The notes below the pieces were generated by a model that saw only the letters and a program-made list of their open reading frames with translations, was not told where the DNA came from and did no database searches. Positions 12,016 through 25,200 of a DNA stretch of 64,000 nucleotides are shown here, in pieces. Numbering within the stretch: position 1 is the stretch's first letter; the number at the start of each line of letters is the position of its first letter. The stretch is from Octopus vulgaris (Eukaryota): NCBI GenBank assembly GCA_951406725.2, contig OX597832.1, positions 22,134,001 to 22,198,000 of the forward strand, in the 5' to 3' direction. A program made the position numbers and the translations under genes.

Positions 12016-13542
12016 GGCGTGAGAAGCTGGTCATGGCCAGTTTGAACAGAAAAATAGAATATTTGGGCTGGATATGACCGGTTTAAATGCTAGAGAGTTA
12101 ATCTTTTAATCAGGGTAGAAGGCCATTCCCATGGAGCATTTACAGGGAATCCAAAACTGGTGGCTGCGAGGAAGGCACTGTGAAACCAGAGATCCACCCT
12201 GGATACTTCTAACAGAGTGGGTCCCTGCTAAAGGTGCGTAAAGTATCAGGAAGTGATTATAAACTGGGTGATGGATGAAATCTACCATTCAAGGAAGCTT
12301 TCCCAGGATTTGAACTCAGAACACAAGGAGATAGGCTTCTTTCAGTTTCATTATCATCCTCCTCATTTAACATCCGCTTTCCATGCTGGAATGGGTAGGA
12401 TGCTTCAACAGGGGACTGGTGAACTGCAGGGCTACATCGAGTTCCAGTGGCATCTTTTGCATGGTTTCTACAATGGAATGCATTTCCTAATACCAACCAC
12501 TTCACAGAGAGTACCATGTATTTGGTTGCCACATCTGGCGCAAGTGAGTTTCTAACGTAACTTGCAAGACAAAAGAACAGAGAAAAAGGAAAAAGGGCAG
12601 CTCCCACTTACTAACAGAAAGTATTTGGGAAGGGTAGGTGGGTGGCCTTAAGCCAGGTGCTGAAAAAAACTGAAGGTTTTGAACAGCTTGGGGCTTTCAC
12701 AGAATGCAGTCACCCAAGGTGCCATGCAGGGGGACTGAACCCTCACTATAAACCACATGGTTGGGTTAACAACATCTTAACCACACAACCATCATCCTCA
12801 TCCTTTAACGCCCGTTTTTCATGCTGGCATGGGTTGGACTGTGATTTATACGTTGTTTACAACTTAATAATTAACAACAGCAATTTTCTTTTCTTTAGCT
12901 AACTTCTCATTAAGCAAAAGCACTTTAATAAAAGACCAGATATACCTGAAAATGTACAAGAGGCAGTGAGGAGGAGAGAGAGAGAGAAGAATAAAAGAGA
13001 AGGAAGAGGTGGAGAAATTTCTAATACACATCAGTACATTTTTTTTCCATTTCATTTCGCAATAATCTTTAATATTCTTGCAGACGCAAGACAGACATAC
13101 CCATTAACAATCAGTCTAGTGTAGATTTGGTTACTCTACAATTCCACACATACGTACGTATTTACTAACAATTCGTCGATAATGTGGAGTTTGTTGCTCT
13201 AGATCTCTATACACATCATGTACTCTTCACAGAATCTTTTTTAGATAAGTATGTAATGTTATGAAACATTGTTTGAAGCAAAAGATTGCTTTGAATGCCG
13301 GATTCATATCCTATCATTTTACAGAAGAGTGATTAAATTGGGTTTTTTTTTTCTTCTACTTTCTTTTTTAATCTTTTTGCTTGTTTCAGTCATTTGACTG
13401 TGGCCATGCTGGAGCACCGCCTTTTTTTTTTTACATCAATCGTCCCCTTTTGGCCACCCTTTTATTGCCCCCACTTTTCTTCAACCTTGGATCTTTTCAC
13501 CCCCCCTCAGGGGGCAGTACTACCCACTTTAGGAACCACTGC

Positions 13543-13772
13543 TTTAACTCATTCATTACTGTATTTATTTTGAGATGCTGTGTTTCTTTTAATTAATTTT
13601 ATATATAGCAAAGAAGTTAGTAAAATAACTTAGTTACCATTAAGCTAGTGTAAGAAACATAAATTGTGACTAAGGTTTGGTGGAAGATTTTAATTGAAAA
13701 CTTATGAAAACAAGGCATTTGTACTACAGAGCCAGAACCGGTTTCAGCCGGGTTGGTATCAAAAGGGTTAAA
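13543..13772. mobile_element. piggyBac-like (TTAA...CCC/GGG...TTAA) MITE. Related copies at about 34640-34818 and 36580-36812; a second such family at 11156-11382 and 13871-14100
   Basis: Ends TTAAC.../...AAAAGGGTTAA; dispersed homologous internal sequence (TTATTTTGAGATGCT...TAAGCTAGTG...AAATTGTGAC). Confidence 0.55.
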
Positions 13773-15104
13773 TGGTGCTAAAGAGCCTGTTTGATAGTCA
13801 CCTGATTTCAAATGCTTGTCAAAACCAAGTATTAAATTTTGGATTGAAATTCTAAGAATAGGATTTTTTTTTAACCCTTTAGCATTTGGATTATTCTGTC
13901 AAAAATAATTCTTCATTCTTCAATTGTTTTTTTATTAATCATGCACCATCTCATAACTGTGAGATTTTGGCGATATGATTTGTTTGTTTTTAGATTGACA
14001 TTGTAGGGCAGGTGTGAGAGACCAGATCTGGTTGGTTTGAGCATACAACAGGTAGAATATTTTGGCCGGATTTGGGCGGCTTAAAATTCTAATGGGTCAA
14101 ACATCAAATGGATATGAGGGTCCAGCTGAGTGAAACAGGAATCAGGGTGGGGGGTGGGGTTGAGAACTACTGGGGTTAGTCGATACTCTTGATATCAGTA
14201 CCTAGTTAGTATCTATTTGAATGACCCTGAAAGGGTAAAAGCAAAGTAGAACCTCGGCAGGATTTGAACTCAGGATGTGAACAGCCAGAACGAATACCAC
14301 AAGGCATTTTTCTGGATGCTCCGCTGCTTTTGCTAATCTAACACCCATCAAATATGAGATACTGAGAACCAGATAATCTAATTCTCTTATTCTTTTACTA
14401 GTTTCTGCCATTTGACTGCGGCCACGCTAGAGCACTGCCTAAAACGTTTTTTTTTTAATCGAAGAGATTTATTCTTTGTAAGCCTAATATTTATTCCTTC
14501 AGTGCCTTTTGTCAAACCGCTAAGTTACGGGAACGTAAACACACCAACATAGGTTGTCAAGCGATGGCATGGATACAGACATACGTAAATACACACACGC
14601 ACATATACACACCAAACTTCTTTCAGCTTCCGTCTACCAAATCCACTCACAAGGCTTTCGTCGGCCTAAGGTTATAGTAGAATACACGAGTACAAGGTGC
14701 CACGCAGAGACTGAACCCAGAACCATGTGGTTGAGAAACCAGCTTCTTACTACACAGGCACGCCTGTGCCTTTTAGTTTGCGACCCCCTTTTTTTTTTTT
14801 CTCTAAAAGGAAAAGCAAAAAAGTAGGTGTAATTTAAGCGAGATTTAGCATCTATTTCTAGCATGTTAATTGACTGCATAGAGGCTCCTCCATTGGCCAA
14901 TGTTGCAGTGTCCTTCTCAACCCTTTTTATAAAGTGCATCGAAAACCACACTGTTCAAGTCATTGTTTTTTCCTTTTTTTTTTTTCTTTTCATTGTGACA
15001 TGAGGAACGTTTAGCTGCTATTTCTTGCAGGTAGAATAACTGCTTCGAATGGCCTCTTGAGAGTTTTATTGGTTGGACTGTCTCTAGAAATCAATTGAAG
15101 ATGC

Positions 15105-15550
15105 ATGTGAGAGAGAGAGAGAGAGAGAGAGAAAAGGGGAGCGTGGAGGTTACGAAGATTGCCGAAACATGAATGCAGAGGGAGGAGAGCAATAGAGGGA
15201 GAGAGAGGGGGAATAAAGAAAGAGAGAAAGAGGAAAGAAAGAGAAAGAGCAAAGAGGAGGGAGAGAGAAAGAGAAAAAGAAAAAGAGGGAAAACAGTGAA
15301 AGAAGAGAGAGAGAGAGAGAGAGGAGAAAGAGCAGAGAAGAGAGAAGAGAGAAAGAGAAAGAGGGAAGAAAGAGCAGAGAGGAGAGAGAAAGAGGGAAGA
15401 AAGAGAAAGCGCAAAGAGAAGAGAGAGAGAAAGAGGGGAGAGAAAGAGGGAAGGAAAAGAAAGAGCAAAAAGGAGAGAGAAGGGAAAAAAGAGAAAGAGA
15501 GAGAGAGAGAAGGGAGCGAGATAGATAGTGGGAGTGAGAAAGGGAGATAA
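15105..15550. repeat. GA-rich polypurine tract
   Basis: About 450 bp that is almost purely purine on the plus strand. Confidence 0.9.
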
Positions 15551-15885
15551 CAAAGTCGGAGGCGGCGGGCGGCGACGTCGACGGCGTAGCATCATCAGTG
15601 TATCAGGAGTGACGTCTGCCCTGACCAGCTGATCAGCTCACTATTGCCTTATAGCTGGAACACGTGCTTTCTTCTTCATAATATATATATATACATACAT
15701 ATATTATTAGTTGAAAAGCAAGTGCTTGCTGGTGGTGAGGAGGAGAAAGCACAGTTGCTAATTATTAATAAGTATACGAGGAAGGAAACACCTTCACTAT
15801 GTTACTCTTAACAGCGCGGAGTCTCTATTGATTAATAATTAGCAACGATAATGAAGTTTCGTATTTATATATATTTAAAACTAAA

Positions 15886-16312
15886 GGAATCTTTTCGGTT
15901 TGAACGGCAGTTTTTTTTTAATAATTACTAGGTAACTAAAAAAATTTTAAACTTCGTATACTGGTAGAATGTGTTTATGAAACATCTTTTTCTCTTGGCT
16001 TTATTGAGAAAATTCTATAGTTTTGTAAGATATTTGTTGGGTTTTTTTTCTTCAATTTCTGCAATTTCAACCAATCAATGACGTCCATTGAGGTAAAAAA
16101 AAGCATTCTGTGTCGTATGGATATGTCCCTCGTTTAAGAAACAGATTGGGTTTATTTACATTTGTGAAGAAAAAAAGATACCCTTCCCCCCACCCCTAAC
16201 CCTAACCCTAAAACAGATTGAAATGCAATAGATCGATACTAGGGTCATAATTATAGGTGACAATTTCATATGACACCGTTAGAAAAAACTGCCGTTCAAA
16301 CCGAAAAGATCG
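15886..16312 (+). mobile_element. MITE with TIRs of about 30 bp, an 8-bp TSD and internal (CCCTAA)3
   Basis: TIR ATCTTTTCGGTTTGAACGGCAGTTTTT ... AAAAACTGCCGTTCAAACCGAAAAGAT; TSD AAACTAAA at 15878-15885 and 16313-16320. Confidence 0.85.
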
Positions 16313-17229
16313 AAACTAAATTGGAAAGTTACAATGCTGACGACTTTAGCTTCAAATCAATCCGGATCCCGGACAACTATGACCAGAGATTCCGACCGTT
16401 ATCATCTGGCATGGGTCAGTTCCAAAACATTGATGTCCAAATCACAGAAGTAAAGTTTATAGGGAATAATTGTGGTTTCCTTCGATTTCTAAACAGAAGC
16501 GAAATGGAAAATAACATTTACTGACCAAAGACGAAAATAAATAGATAAAAAGTTTTGTTACACAGTGTAATTTAAGTAAATTTAATAATTATTTAATTTA
16601 GAGCGTGCTGACCAATACGAGTACAAAAATCAGGAATCTGGAAGCGGTTTGAAAGCAAAGATTTTGGAAAATCGATGTTTTACACGTATCGTAACAGCAT
16701 GACGAGCGAAGCAAAATTAATTTAATCCTCTGTGTCGAAGTAATTTACGATTAAATATTGCTGTGAGCATTAAATACTAAAATTAGAGTAAAAAAAAAAT
16801 GTCACAGCTCAATTTGATGCTATAAATAATATTGGTTAACGTAATTAAACGACTAATATTTTAATTGGCTAATTAACACAGCTATACATGACTTGTGGAC
16901 GGTATAACAACACAATTTGTGTAGTAATAGCTCGTTACATGTAAGTGAAAAAAGATCGTTACTAAATGGTTTACATGAAAAACCACATTTTGAAAATAGT
17001 TGAGGGAGAGAGTGTGTGTGTGTGTGTGTGTGTGAGTGAGAGAGAGACAGAACAAGAGTGTGTGACAGTGAGTGAGAAAGAGAGAGAGTGTGTGTGTGAC
17101 CTCACTCCGTTAGCCTGGAAACTCGCTAAATCTTGAATTTATAATTTTTTTAAAAATAAATTTGTTCCGGTTCTTCAGAGATTCTTCACAATCTGAAAAC
17201 TATCTGCAATCACCGCGAGCTACAAATGG

Positions 17230-17420
17230 GTGACAGACCACACACAATGTTTGGCAACAAAATCCATGCAATTAGCAAATTGGATTGTCGTCCACCGGTT
17301 GGTTATTACCCGAATTGTTAGCACCCGCCAACCACCACCACCTGTTCAGTCCAAACAAAGAAGGGCAAGTCTTCGGTGACAAAGATCTGATGATACAGAA
17401 CCAAATGAAAATCAGTACAG
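17230..17420 (+). pseudogene. Degraded mariner-type transposase fragment
   Basis: RPHT... followed, after a frameshift, by LPELLAPANHHHLFSPNKEGQVFGD. This resembles the mariner ARPH...YSPDLAPSDYHLFGPLKE..G..F segment. Confidence 0.5.
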
Positions 17421-18082
17421 CAATGTACACGAGAAATATTTTTCAAATAAAATTCGAGAGTCGAGATCAATGATATCACAAATGCAGTTTGCGACGGAGA
17501 AAGGATCTTGTCAAATTTCTTCCAATCACTTTCAGTTATTATTTGACCAAATAATAATTATTTTTAATGTAATTCTAACATAGTTTTTCACGTTGTTGAT
17601 GAAAATCACATTCGCTTTTCTTTTCTTTCTTTCTTTTTTTTCATTCAGAGAAATTTAATAACAAAAAAGTTACAAGCATTTAAAGTTATGCAATTTTAGT
17701 AAGACGTTCACAGTCAACATATCGTATGACAGAAATATCTATTATCCATTCTATGACAACACAACGAAGACGAAGCCTGTACGTAGCCGCTCGACTTGCT
17801 AGAAATACCAGCCAAATTTTCTTTACACAGTACCACAATACTTTATATGACATATTTCGGAGGGAACGTACTGTTTTCTTTTTATCTTTTTAATTCATAA
17901 TTAGAGCATCAATGTATTGTAGAATGGTCCTAAATTCTCAGTAACATCACGGAGACTGCTGATTAGGAATTAGGAATTACTTAACCAACATGATCGAAGA
18001 ACCAATGTTAGATAATAAGAAAGGTTTCGCTCACTTTAGCTTTGCATTCGATAGAACCAACGTGTGGGGGCACGCGCATGTG

Positions 18083-18116
<34 letters not shown>

Positions 18117-18504
18117 AATACCGTTCGGTTCTGATTTTTGAAAAAAAACAATTCAGTTTTATATTCTGAATCCCTTATGTTAAGATCAGATAATTCGAAG
18201 ATCATTTTTCTTAGGGATCAAAAACAAAATAAAATAAGAGGGTGTTTGCAGGAAAGAAAATAAAATGTTATTTGTTTAAATGAAAAGGAGAAAGTAAAAA
18301 CATACCATTGGTTTTTACGAAATCTTTCACTATTTTTGGGGGTTTTGTTTTCTAAGGGTATCTTACTACAATATTATTGAAATGAAATTTGGTGTTTGTG
18401 TGCATGTATATATAATGTGTGTGTGTGCGCGCGCTTGTACATATATATAGGGCGAATTTCATTTTAAACGTAATTTTTGTTTTAAGAAATCCAATATGTA
18501 AAAC

Positions 18505-18629
18505 CTGTATCAGCCGAAATTACTACGATGATCCGGTTCTTGACTGAAGACTGAGGGTTTCGAATGTCCTGTCCGTGTTTATTGTATCGTCTTCTTGAGT
18601 TATACGTTCTTGTCCATGTTGTATTTTTC

Positions 18630-18704
<75 letters not shown>

Positions 18705-18745
18705 GTTTCTCGTTCAGTTCTACGTCTATTTGTGGTGTCCTGTAC
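18505..18745 (+). mobile_element. Penelope-like pseudo-LTR remnant associated with (TA)n; related pieces at about 19360-19460 and 21670-21870
   Basis: CAGCCGAAA (3' half of a hammerhead) followed by a T-rich tail into long (TA)n; shared GTCCTGTAC motif. Confidence 0.4.
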
Positions 18746-19127
18746 ACACGTATATATATTTATATATGTTCAACAACAATTGAGGAACGGCCTCAATAGG
18801 CCATTCGACCCACTAGAAAGAGCAGCCAGGACTCAAACCGCCAAGTAGTAGTAATTCAGAAATTGAAGGAAAATTAAAAAAACATTTACCCTATTCATCT
18901 TTAGACAATGCATTGTTTCGACGTTTTTAATGGCAAACCAGCCTAATTAACTTAAATTAAACTTGCATGTATATTTACATGTAGATGTAGGTACGTACAT
19001 ATATGTTTGTATGTATGCATATATTTTATTTATTACACTATATATATATACGCACACACAACGATAAAGAGATGAACATAAATATATAAAAAATTGTTTA
19101 TGTTCATCTACCAATCGTTGAGTGTAG

Positions 19128-19160
<33 letters not shown>

Positions 19161-19573
19161 GCGGAGGCAAAGAAATACACACACCACCCGTTTTCGGCAT
19201 GACCCTAACATTAAACACTGGATGTGTGTATTCTTTACTTTCGCCTACATACATATATACACACACGCATCCATATATATATATGATCATACAACTCTAT
19301 ATATACATGGAAATGGATGCGTCGCTTTCAATTAAATAACTATACATACATACATACATACATACATATATGGGTACAGGATGTCACCAACGGTGTAAAT
19401 AACATGAAATACGTAAACAAACGAGGGAAAACGCATTAAGTACGTAAACAACGAGGGAAATAATTCAGCCTTAATAGAGCAGTTGTCGGCTGTCTATATA
19501 CTCATTTCGAGCATTCAATATATATATAATAATAAATCTCTGGGCGAGATATAAACAGTAACTGCTCTATAAC

Positions 19574-19767
19574 ATAAGAGGGATCAGCCATCTGAATGTG
19601 GCTAGGGTCAGGGCGGGGTGGTGGAGGTGTTACTGATGCATTTAGCCCCAGGCGAACATCGACGTCAGCTCTTCTGGTGACGTCGATGTTCGCCTGGGGC
19701 TAAATGCATCAGTAACACCCCCACCACCCCGCCCTGACCCTAGCCACATTCAGATGGCTGATCCCTC

Positions 19768-19771
<4 letters not shown>
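19574..19771. repeat. Near-perfect long inverted repeat (94-bp arms, 10-nt loop)
   Basis: Arm 19574-19667 is the reverse complement of 19678-19771 with one mismatch; loop GCTCTTCTGG. Confidence 0.95.
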
Positions 19772-19799
<28 letters not shown>

Positions 19800-20120
19800 C
19801 TAGCACTATAACCCGGCAACGCCGGGTCATGCGAGTACTGTCCAAATCTCCGACCAATCACATACAGCTAGCTGGCATTCAATTGGCGTATCAAGTTTCG
19901 GGCATTTTGATTGGGTTTTGGATAGAAAATTCACAAAAAGGTCACTTCTATTGATTTTTTAATGGCTTTGCGGGGTGACTGGGGAAATGTAAAGATGTGC
20001 ACGACCACCCTTGGACGGTTTTAAATGACCATAGAAAGTGCGAGCCCTCTAACTGAAAAATTGTGGATTTGTATAAAGGACACACACACACAGACATTTT
20101 GCCGTTTATATATAGAGAGA
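19800..20120 (-). mobile_element. Non-autonomous Helitron
   Basis: Minus strand begins TC(TCTCTATATATAAA) and ends CTAG. A GC-rich subterminal hairpin ACCCGGC-GTT-GCCGGGT lies at 19811-19827. Inserted between A and T with no TSD. Confidence 0.88.
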
Positions 20121-20394
20121 TAATATAATATAATTATATATATATATATATATATATATTATATTATATTATATTGTGTTTGCGTGTCGATGTTTACCTG
20201 TTGCCCCACCACTCACTGTTTGACAACCGGTGTAGGTTTGTTTACGTCCCCGATATAGCTAGCGGTTCGGTATAAGATAACGACAGAACAAGTACCAGCT
20301 TTTTAACATGATAAAGAATCGGTGTTGATTCGTTCGACTAAATTCTCTACGGCGCCGCAGTTCAATGGCAGACACAAGGGGAAAACAAAGAAAC

Positions 20395-20945
20395 AAAGAC
20401 ATACATACATACAGATACATGCATGCATACATACATACATACATACATAGACAGACAGATGTATGCATACATACAGACAGACAGATGTATGCATGCATAC
20501 AGACAGATGCATGCATACATACAGACAGACAGATGTATGCATACATACAGACAGACAGATGTATGCATGCATACAGACAGATGCATACATACATACAGAC
20601 AGACAGATGTATGCATACATGCATACAGACAGATGCATACATACAGACAGACAGACAGATGTATGCATACATACAGACAGACAGATGTATGCATACATAC
20701 AGACAGACATGTATGCATACATACAGACAGACAGATGTATGCATACATACAGACAGACAGACAGATGTATGCATACAGACATACAGACAGATGCATACAT
20801 ACATACAGACAGACAGATGTATGCAACATACATACAGATGCATACATAGATACATACATACAGATGCATGCATAGATACATACAGACAGATGCATACATA
20901 CATACAGACAGACATATGCATGCATACATACAAAGAGACAGACAG
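20395..20945. repeat. Compound (CATA)/(CAGA)/ATGC satellite-like expansion
   Basis: Recurring unit of about 26 bp, CATACATACAGACAGACAGATGTATG. Confidence 0.9.
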
Positions 20946-21132
20946 AATATTCGATGTACATGTATAAAGGCAGAAATGATACAAACACACTAACACAATA
21001 CATTCAGCCTTAATAGATCATCTATCTATAGCTTTCATAAGCTCTATATTATTTTCCCAACGATTGTACAAAAACCAATTATATTTGGAATATCAACTAA
21101 AAACTCCTCAAGGGAACGGTATGCATACACAT

Positions 21133-21186
<54 letters not shown>

Positions 21187-21894
21187 GTGTCTGTGTGTCC
21201 CTCGTGTGCATGCCGAATTATGTAGCATCTATTCCCCAAACGCGGGAGTTCCATTAAATCTTGAAATTATATTTGTATTGTGTCTCATATATATAATTCC
21301 AAAATATAAGACAAAAACAAAAGCTGTATCGAACCGGCGACCAGGGCTCTACACAGTAGCTCGACTTGCTAGAAATAACAGCCAAAGTTTCTACAAATTT
21401 CACCGAATCATCATTATTTTATTCTATATTTCAATTCCCTGCGGTACAGCGGCACATCGTACATGAAGGGTTTCTAGCCCCTTGTCTATTCACGTACAAT
21501 ATTATATATTGAACGACTTAGCGATTCTATCATTACTCCTTTCCGTAAGAACAGCTATAGCTAACCTTCGCTGAGGAGGTCTAATACAACCAGAATACAC
21601 TCGGAGTTATCGGCCTTACTTTCCAGATTATCTAAATTCAGTGAGTTTCATAGAAATACGGAGTAGATGAAACAGGGACAACTGATGAAGGGGAATATTC
21701 TTTATGTTGCATGTCTCCTTTCTCTGTTTGTATTTTTCGTTGCTTGAAAAAGAAGTTCGTTTTCTATGTTTTTGTTTTTATGTTTTCGTTTCTCATTGTG
21801 TTCAACGGTTTTTTAATGTCCTGTACCCATATATGCATGTATACATAGGTAGGTATGTACATATACATATTCTTTTTTCTTTCTTTTTTATTCC

Positions 21895-22270
21895 TTTATT
21901 TGTTTCAGTCATTTGACTGCGGCCATGCTGGAGCACCGCCTTTAGTCGAGCAACTCGACCCCGGGACTTATTCTTTGTAAGCCCAGTACTTATTCTATCG
22001 GTCTCTTTTGCCGAGCCGCTAAGTGACGTGGACGTAAACACACCAGCATCGGTTGTCAAGCGATGTTGGGGGGGACAAACACAGACACAAAACATACACA
22101 CACATATATATACATATGACGGGCTTCTTTCAGTTTCTGTCTACCAAATCCACTCACAAGGCTTTGGTCGGCCCAGGGCTATAGTAGAAGACACTTGCCC
22201 AAGGTGCCACGTAGTGGGACTGAATCCGGAACCATGTGGTTGGTAAGCAGGCTACTTACCACATAGCCAT
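21895..22270 (-). mobile_element. tRNA-derived SINE family B with an internal TA/TG microsatellite. Other copies: about 14390-14770(-), 22990-23615(-), 26930-27220(+), 29058-29463(-), 30560-30822(-), 33675-33830(+), 38953-39340(+), 40218-40705(+), 41030-41577(-), 43135-43295(-), 44947-45218(+)
   Basis: Head AGGCGCAGGAGTGGCTGTGTGGTAAG, B-box-like GGTTCAGTCCC, CCTTGGGCAAGT, central microsatellite and 3' end CAGTCAAATGACTGAAACAAGTAAAAGA. Confidence 0.9.
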
Positions 22271-25200
22271 ATTTTATTTATTTATATATATATACACATA
22301 CATACCTCTAAACATCCTGTTTCCAGCACTCACTCGTATGGAAATTTTTCCACCGGCCCCAGAGAGCAATACCATCTATTTTTGAGAGGTGACAAGCGCT
22401 GTCGTAGCTGGGAAAACCCCAGCAAAAATAAAAGCGATAGTATCTTTAACTAGTTTTTAGCTCGACAGCTGTGGCCATGGGAACCCCCCAAAACTGCTTC
22501 CTGCGAAAGTGAAAACAACGTTATTCTACAAGGTCACCTAAATACTAATAATGTTTACATACATTAAAAAAAAATAAAGCCAGCTGTTAACATAGAGAGA
22601 AGGAAATAGTACGTGAGTATGGTTCTTTTTTTTATATTTGTACGGTTTCGCATTTCTATGCCGTAAAAGGCGAAGAGGATTTTCAAGCGCCTCAAAATCA
22701 AGTGCTTTCGTAATAAATATTTGTCATAACAAAGCAGCAATTAGGCTTATCCTTAAATTAGTTTCGGATTTTTTTCTGGTTTTTTTTTTTCGCTTTTAAG
22801 AGAAAATAATTCAGACAAGAGTCGAAGGAATGCTTTTCGTATTTGCTTGAGCGAGAAACGAAATTATTTTCTCTTACGTGAGTGTGTGAGTGTAAATTTG
22901 ATTAAATTTGTGACAGAGTATTTCGTCGGAGATATCATAATTTTCCTCCTTTCACATTTTATGACCAAGTAAATGTGTATATATATATGTTCTTTTACTT
23001 GTTTCAGTCATTTGACCATGGCCATGCTGGAGCAACGCCTTTAGTCGAGCAAATCGACCCCAGGACTTATTCTTTGGAAGCCTAGTACTTATTCTATCGG
23101 TCTCTTTTGCCGAACCGCTAACTTACGGGGACGTAAACCCACCGGCATCGGTTGTCAAGCGATGTTGGGGGTGAAACACAGAGACACAGGCATATATATA
23201 CAACGGGCTTCTTTCAGTTTCCGTCTACCAAATCCACTCACAAGGGTTTGGTCGACCCGAGGCTATAGTAGAAGACACTTGCCCAAGGTACCACGCAGTG
23301 GAACTGAACCCCGAACCATGTGGTTTGTAAGCAAGCTACTTACTACACACCCACTCCTACGCCTTTAGTCGAGCAAATCGACCCCAGTACTTTTTCTATC
23401 GGTCTCTTTTGCCGAACCGCTAAGTTACGGGCGACGTAAACACACCAGTATTGGTTGTCAACACACACACATATATATATATACATATAAACGACAGGAT
23501 TCTTTCAGTTTCCGTCTACCAAATCCACTTTCCCAAGGTGCTACGCAGTGGGACAGAACCCGGAACCATGTGGTTGGTAAGCAAGCTACTTACCACACAG
23601 CCACTCCTATGCCTACATATATATGCGGTTCGCAATAATATTCTTATATATATATAAGTAAATTATTGCGGACCACGTTCATCCTTTGACCTTGAAATAA
23701 ATCATTCTTACCTAAAGTTCGCCTAAACCCTTGTAATGAAGCCCTTGAATGAGGAGGAGGGGGTAAAAATATGTTATGTTACATGAAATGTTTTCATTTG
23801 TTTATTGCTAAAGTGACCTTCATCTTCAACATTTATTTGTTTGACCTGAAAGTTCACCTCTCAAAGCTTTCGCAATGAAGAACGGCGCAGTGTTTGTGCG
23901 AAGATGTAATTACACATTCCTACTTATTAGAATTCATTCATATTTGCTTTGGAGTTCCTTAGCAGCTGTGTCTTTTGTGGAATTCTAGCATACGATTCCC
24001 TCAAACTTTGAACACGAAAACGAAAAAGAAACAATAAGAGGGAGAAATAAAAGAACGGATCGTAATGTTAATGCGAAAATTTAAATAAGACTTAATGAGC
24101 TTTGCAATAGAACAAGAATTCGAATAACGCATTTTAGATAACGCAAGTAATTGCCATCTTTCCGGTTTGAACCACCTCTTCCAATTTTATTCAAAATTCC
24201 TATACAGATATAGTTTTCCATGTCGATAACAAAATCCGCAACTATTTTTTCTTTCCTAACTTTTTCTTTTTCTTTTGAGAAGCGAACTATCAAAAAATAA
24301 CGAACCTTTTAAGATAGAAATATTTTTTGTAAATTTAGCCAATCGGATTCAGCTAATTCCAACATCTCATCATCTAGCAGACAATATTATCTGAAGATGC
24401 TCCCATAACAATCAACAAAAGGTTAAACGTTTATGCAGGCCACGGGCAACCAGTGGCCTGTCTAACATTGCGGCCCGCTGTATGATGAGCCGCGTTCGAA
24501 CTTCAATGATTCGCAAAATAGACTCGGTATCTCTGCGAGCTCATGTGGTGCCGCAGATATGAAGTACAAGACTTGTTTCTAAAGATACTGCAACGAATAT
24601 ACCATTTTCGTTAATTTCATATTCCGTTACGTTGTTATATTTTATCATCGTTTTCTTTTTATTGACTATCCAGGTGTTTTAGTTTCATTTCGGCTGTTAT
24701 TTCTATGCGATATTCATCAGATGTAAAAAAAATTACACTTATGTTGAAAATATGTAAACAATTAGTCGAGGATTGAAAAAAACCCAAAAAAAAACAACCT
24801 TCAAATAGTTGGAAGAAAATGGAAAAAAACCATCCAATCTTACTTTCTCTAAAAAGTAAACGATTTGTCATTTTTACTTCGCATTTTGGAAACAAATGAA
24901 AGTCAAAAAATAAAAAAATGATTCACACAACATAGCGACGGCGAGGAGCAAACGATTGGATCTGATTGGTTTAAAGTTACAAAAATCAATAAAATTAATT
25001 TAAAAATTCAACTTTTAAAGGTTCTTGGCTTCTTTTTTTTCTATAATTAATTTCTCCAAAAATGTTTGTGACTATCAAGCAAAAATTATATTTGCGTATG
25101 TGTAAAATAGATAAATAAATAAATAAAAAAAACCGAAGATGCAGGTCAAACTGGAAAAGAAAAGAAAAACATCCCGTAATTGAATGTGACATTGTCACAG

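Noticed and set aside
16194-16211. Telomere or chromosome-fusion scar
   Set aside because: Only three units, internal to a TIR-bounded MITE that is present twice
18543-18570. CTGAAGA...CGAA as a hammerhead (also CTGAGGA at 21571 and CTGATGA at 21682)
   Set aside because: No convincing stem II with GAAA and stem I pairing
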